Assembly: GCF_009914755.1 (NCBI RefSeq)
Contig: NC_060937.1
Length of the DNA: 64,000 bases
Reading direction: 5' to 3' (one strand)
Source of the DNA: the human T2T-CHM13v2.0 reference genome, Homo sapiens
The notes below the pieces were generated by a model. That model ran no database searches and was not told the origin of the DNA. It saw nothing but the letters and a program-made list of their open reading frames with translations. Positions 60,306-64,000 of this stretch are shown here, in pieces; the stretch's first letter is position 1; every line of letters starts with the position of its first letter. The translations under genes and the position numbers were made by a program.

Positions 60306-62078
60306 TTTCTTAAAATATCCTTTTGTAGTTTCTTACAATTAAGCTTCCTTTTATTTCCTACTGCACTACTTACATTTTCAATAACTTTAGACCTTTCATT
60401 AGGAAAGGGAAAACTAAATGAAAATTATTTGTTAAAATATGAACAGGGGCTACAGAACTCTATGACAGGTGGCATTTTCCTTCCAGAAAAATAAAAAGCA
60501 GCTATTTTTTTCCTTGTTTATAAAAGGTGGCATGCCACAGCTGCAAAGCCAATTTTTGAACATTGAAATCTCTTCATTTTGTAAGCCCCCACCAAAAAAT
60601 ACAGCAGTCTTCTCCAGGAGACATAGCAGCAGGATTGTTTCAACTCACCAACATAGAAAGGAAAAAATAAATGTGCGTGTGATTATGCACACACAGACTG
60701 ATGTGTTTTGTACTGCCTCATGTTCTCTACTGCTATAAAGAGAATCTATAATTTCAGGTGGTGGAAAAGGGAGAGAAGACATGCATATTTTAAAGGAATC
60801 TTTAAATTCAATCCAAAAATATATTTTTGTTTGTAAATTAAGCTTTAGACAAATTTAAATTTGCCCTATCACTATCTCCACCTTAAAGCACACTGATATA
60901 GTACATATCCAATAATCTTCATGCTGAAAAGTCCCAATTTAAAATTAAGGGTTAGGAAATTTAGGTTTTGAATTATCAGTCTGAAGCCTGAGTTTAGATT
61001 ATTTTCTAGCTCATTTATGCCTCCAGGAGAAAAAAAAACGAGTCAAAAAATATCTTATTCAAGATATTCTTGTCATTAGGATAAAATACAAAGTTTGCAA
61101 TACTGCAAAGAAAAAATGAAAAAAAAAGAAAACTAGTTCATAATTGAGGAGGTAACTCCATTTATTAAAAACAAGCCTCAGTCCCTTATAACTAACTACA
61201 GGCTTTCTTCTTATGGAAGATTCCTGAAGCAGCATTCTGGAACTCCTGCTTAAATTGGGGGCCAGAGATTCAAAAGAACGTCTCCTATAAAACCTAGTTT
61301 AATAGTAATCTTTGGGGATCTTCTGCTTAGATAATAATTTTCTCACGTTAGCTGGTTAATCATAAAGCCTTGTATTCCCCACCTTAATGTCTCTGTGTGG
61401 TTTGTGTGTCTCTCTCTATCTCTCTTTCACACACACACACCACAAACACAGACACAGACACAAAACATCTGCTAAATATAAGCAGTTTGCCTATTAAAAA
61501 GAGTGCTATAATGAAAATTTAAAAACATACATAGTATTTTATTCATTACTAACTAACTAGATATGATATTATACACAAGCAAACTAGCTCCTTTGAGTTT
61601 CCTTTTCTCCCTTCAAAATAGAAACACATTTTATATTTCTTCATCAGAGTGTTGTAAGGTAATGTCTGATAGTACTGAGTCATGAGAGTAAAAATTCTGG
61701 GTCGATGGATGCATGCCTTAGAGGAGAAAAAGACAGCAATTCATGTTCTCAGTAGCCTAATACAAAGATGGTTACTTTTTAAAAATCTATTTTACTTTAA
61801 AGTCTTTCTCTGATACAGTATTAGTGAGATGCATGTATAGTTTAATAAGTATAATCTACTAGATATTATTTAATTTTATTAAAGATTTATATGACCTTAG
61901 AGCCATAGTTCTGAATTTTAATCTCTCATATAATTCTCAAGATATAAAAACTGGAGATTGGATTGAATATATTAAAAGCCCAAGTCATATGCCAAAGAAT
62001 GTTTTATTAGCATTACATATTGTGTGCTTTTTTATTTTTTGTATTTATCCATTTCCCTTGATCACCATTTTTTTCTAG

Positions 62079-62079
<1 letters not shown>

Positions 62080-62129
<50 letters not shown>

Positions 62130-62421
62130 TATATATATACACACACATATATATACACATATATATATACACATACACACACATATCATTATACTTTAAG
62201 TTCTGGGATACATGTGCAGAACATGCAGGTTTGTTACATACATATACACGTGCCATGATGGTTTGCTGCACCCATCAACCCATCATCTACATTAGGTATT
62301 TCTCCTAATGCTCTCCCTCCCCTAGTCCCTGACCCCCTGACAGGCTCTGGTGTGTGATGTTCCCCACCCTGTGTCCATGTGTTCTCATTGTTCAACTCCC
62401 ACTTATGAGTGAGAACATGCA
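62080..62421 (-). mobile_element. L1PA7/8-like short 3' end whose tail region is a (TA)/(CA) microsatellite
   Basis: ttatactttaagttctgggatacatgtgcagaac...gagtgagaacatgc; STR at 62082-62185. Confidence 0.88.
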
Positions 62422-63001
62422 AACACCATATTTTTTCAAACCATATTAGATTAAGATTTTAAATAGTGTCAGTTAAAGTAAATGGCTTGGATATAAGATT
62501 TTCCTTAATGATATAACAGCTAAAATATGTACAATGACTGCAGGCATTGGAAGGCAACCAATGTGGATTACGGTCTTTGAAAGCAGGAAACACAGAAAGT
62601 TAAGATCACACATAGCTTTCCCCCAAGAGCATTTACCAATTACTAAGCTGCTACATAGAACCCAAGATGAATGTCAATTTCACTAGGCAGGGGAGACAGA
62701 GATTAGAGCTTAACGGGGTTGACATGGTTGAATCAAGAGGCAGGATTCCACAAAGAAGGAGCCATAAAGTGTCCCCAAAATTTTTCTTGGGTTTTTGGCC
62801 AACTGCTGAGATTTGTATACATAAGAAGAGATTCTAGAAGGCCAAGCATAGAATAGCAGCTAGAAGCTGGAGATCATGGAAGAAATCACAGAGGCTACAC
62901 ATTATTAGGAAGATAGATAGAAGATGACACTGGTTCCAGCTGTAGTGGAGACAATTTGATGAATAGTGAGATTTAGCTAGAGATTCCAGTAGAAACACAT
63001 T

Positions 63002-63063
63002 GTAAGGGTAAGACCTAGTTCCTAGGAGTAAGGGTCAGACCTAGTTCCTAGGAGTAAGGGTCA
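63002..63063 (+). repeat. 26-bp tandem duplication (about 2.4 copies)
   Basis: gtaagggt(a/c)agacctagttcctagga repeated. Confidence 0.92.
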
Positions 63064-63149
63064 TGTCTCTTCTAGGTGTAAGAGGAAAGCTGAAATAATG
63101 TACCTTTAAAGAGCCTGAAACTAACCCTTGAAAAAATTAAGATGCACCT

Positions 63150-63454
63150 GGCTGGATGCAATGGCTCACACCTGCAATCCCAGCACTTTGGGAGGCTGAG
63201 GTGGGCAGATCATTTCAGTCCAGGAGTTCGAGACCAGGGTGGGCAACATGGCAAAACATCATCTCTGCAAAAAATACAGTAATTAGTGGGGTGGTGTGTG
63301 AGCCTGTAGCCTCAGCTACTCAGGAGGCTGAGAGGCAGGAGGACCATTGAGCCTGGGAGGTCAAGACTGCAGTGAGCAGTGATCACACCACTGCACTCCA
63401 GCCTGGGTGACAGAACAAGACCTTGTCTAAAAAAATAAATACATAAATAAATAA
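63150..63454 (+). mobile_element. AluJ
   Basis: Diverged dimer with A-rich tail and TSD. Confidence 0.9.
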
Positions 63455-63585
63455 AAGATGTGCCTGAATTTAAGGACTTGCCAGAGAATAATTAACAATC
63501 TTTGAGGGAAGATAGTACAATTCAGATAATCTTTAATGTATCTTCCACATCTTCCACCGTAGGCATATAAAAAAATAAATAAAGA

Positions 63586-64000
63586 TGAGCTCCTTTCAAG
63601 GTGACTGACTAGAAGCAGCTGGTGTGTGCTGCTCTCACAAAGAGAAGAAAGAGTGGTGAGTGGACCATCCAGGTGGACACATTGGGATTCATCAAGGAAA
63701 CAATACACAGAAAACAGAAGAATGAGACAGGACAATCATTCACCCAGAAGTGGCATAGAGCCGGGAGATGGCCCTCACCATGGTTAGTAAGTGAGAGTCC
63801 CCAGGGAGTCACATTTCTGCCACAGACCTTTGCAACCCTGGGCCCAGGCGATCCCCCATGACACCCGTGCCCCACCAGGGCCTCTGGACTGACATAGACA
63901 GCTACATGGAGTGTGGGCAGAACTGCCGCTCAGGCACACATGAAATCCTTGGAGCTTTTCATCCCCAGGCACCCTGGTACCAATGGCTGCAGCTGCGGCA
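63586..64000 (+). mobile_element. 5'UTR start of an older primate L1 (L1PA13-16/L1PREC-like), continuing beyond the window
   Basis: caaggtgactgactagaagcagct start motif, GC-rich 5'UTR, preceded by an A-rich target site. Confidence 0.7.

Larger units (their letters stand above)
62500..63570 (+). mobile_element. Ancient L1M 5' region remnant (interrupted by AluJ)
   Basis: Resembles degraded L1MC/MD 5' end; continues across the Alu TSD aagatg(ca/tg)cctg. Confidence 0.45.

Overview
AT-rich, repeat-dense human genomic DNA; an AluYb8-type and an AluYd8-type insertion point to human. I find no intact protein-coding exon. The main non-transposon feature is a full-length, disabled HSPD1 (HSP60) processed pseudogene on the minus strand (about 12.2-14.4 kb) with target-site duplications (TSDs). 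The rest is layered transposon debris: many L1 fragments (mostly minus strand, some nested or internally deleted), about 15 Alu copies or monomers, MaLR/ERVL solo LTRs, a near full-length Hsmar2 mariner, a half MADE1, MER44A, MER1A, Tigger4a, MER63, MIRs and microsatellites. A few unique stretches may be regulatory. Nearly all ORF-track entries are repeat or microsatellite artefacts. I see no convincing previously undescribed biological system. The most interesting signals are young, possibly polymorphic Alus, internally deleted L1s, local fold-back (template-switch) inverted repeats, and a strand bias suggesting a plus-strand host intron. All repeat subfamily calls are by eye against remembered consensus sequences and need RepeatMasker/Dfam confirmation.
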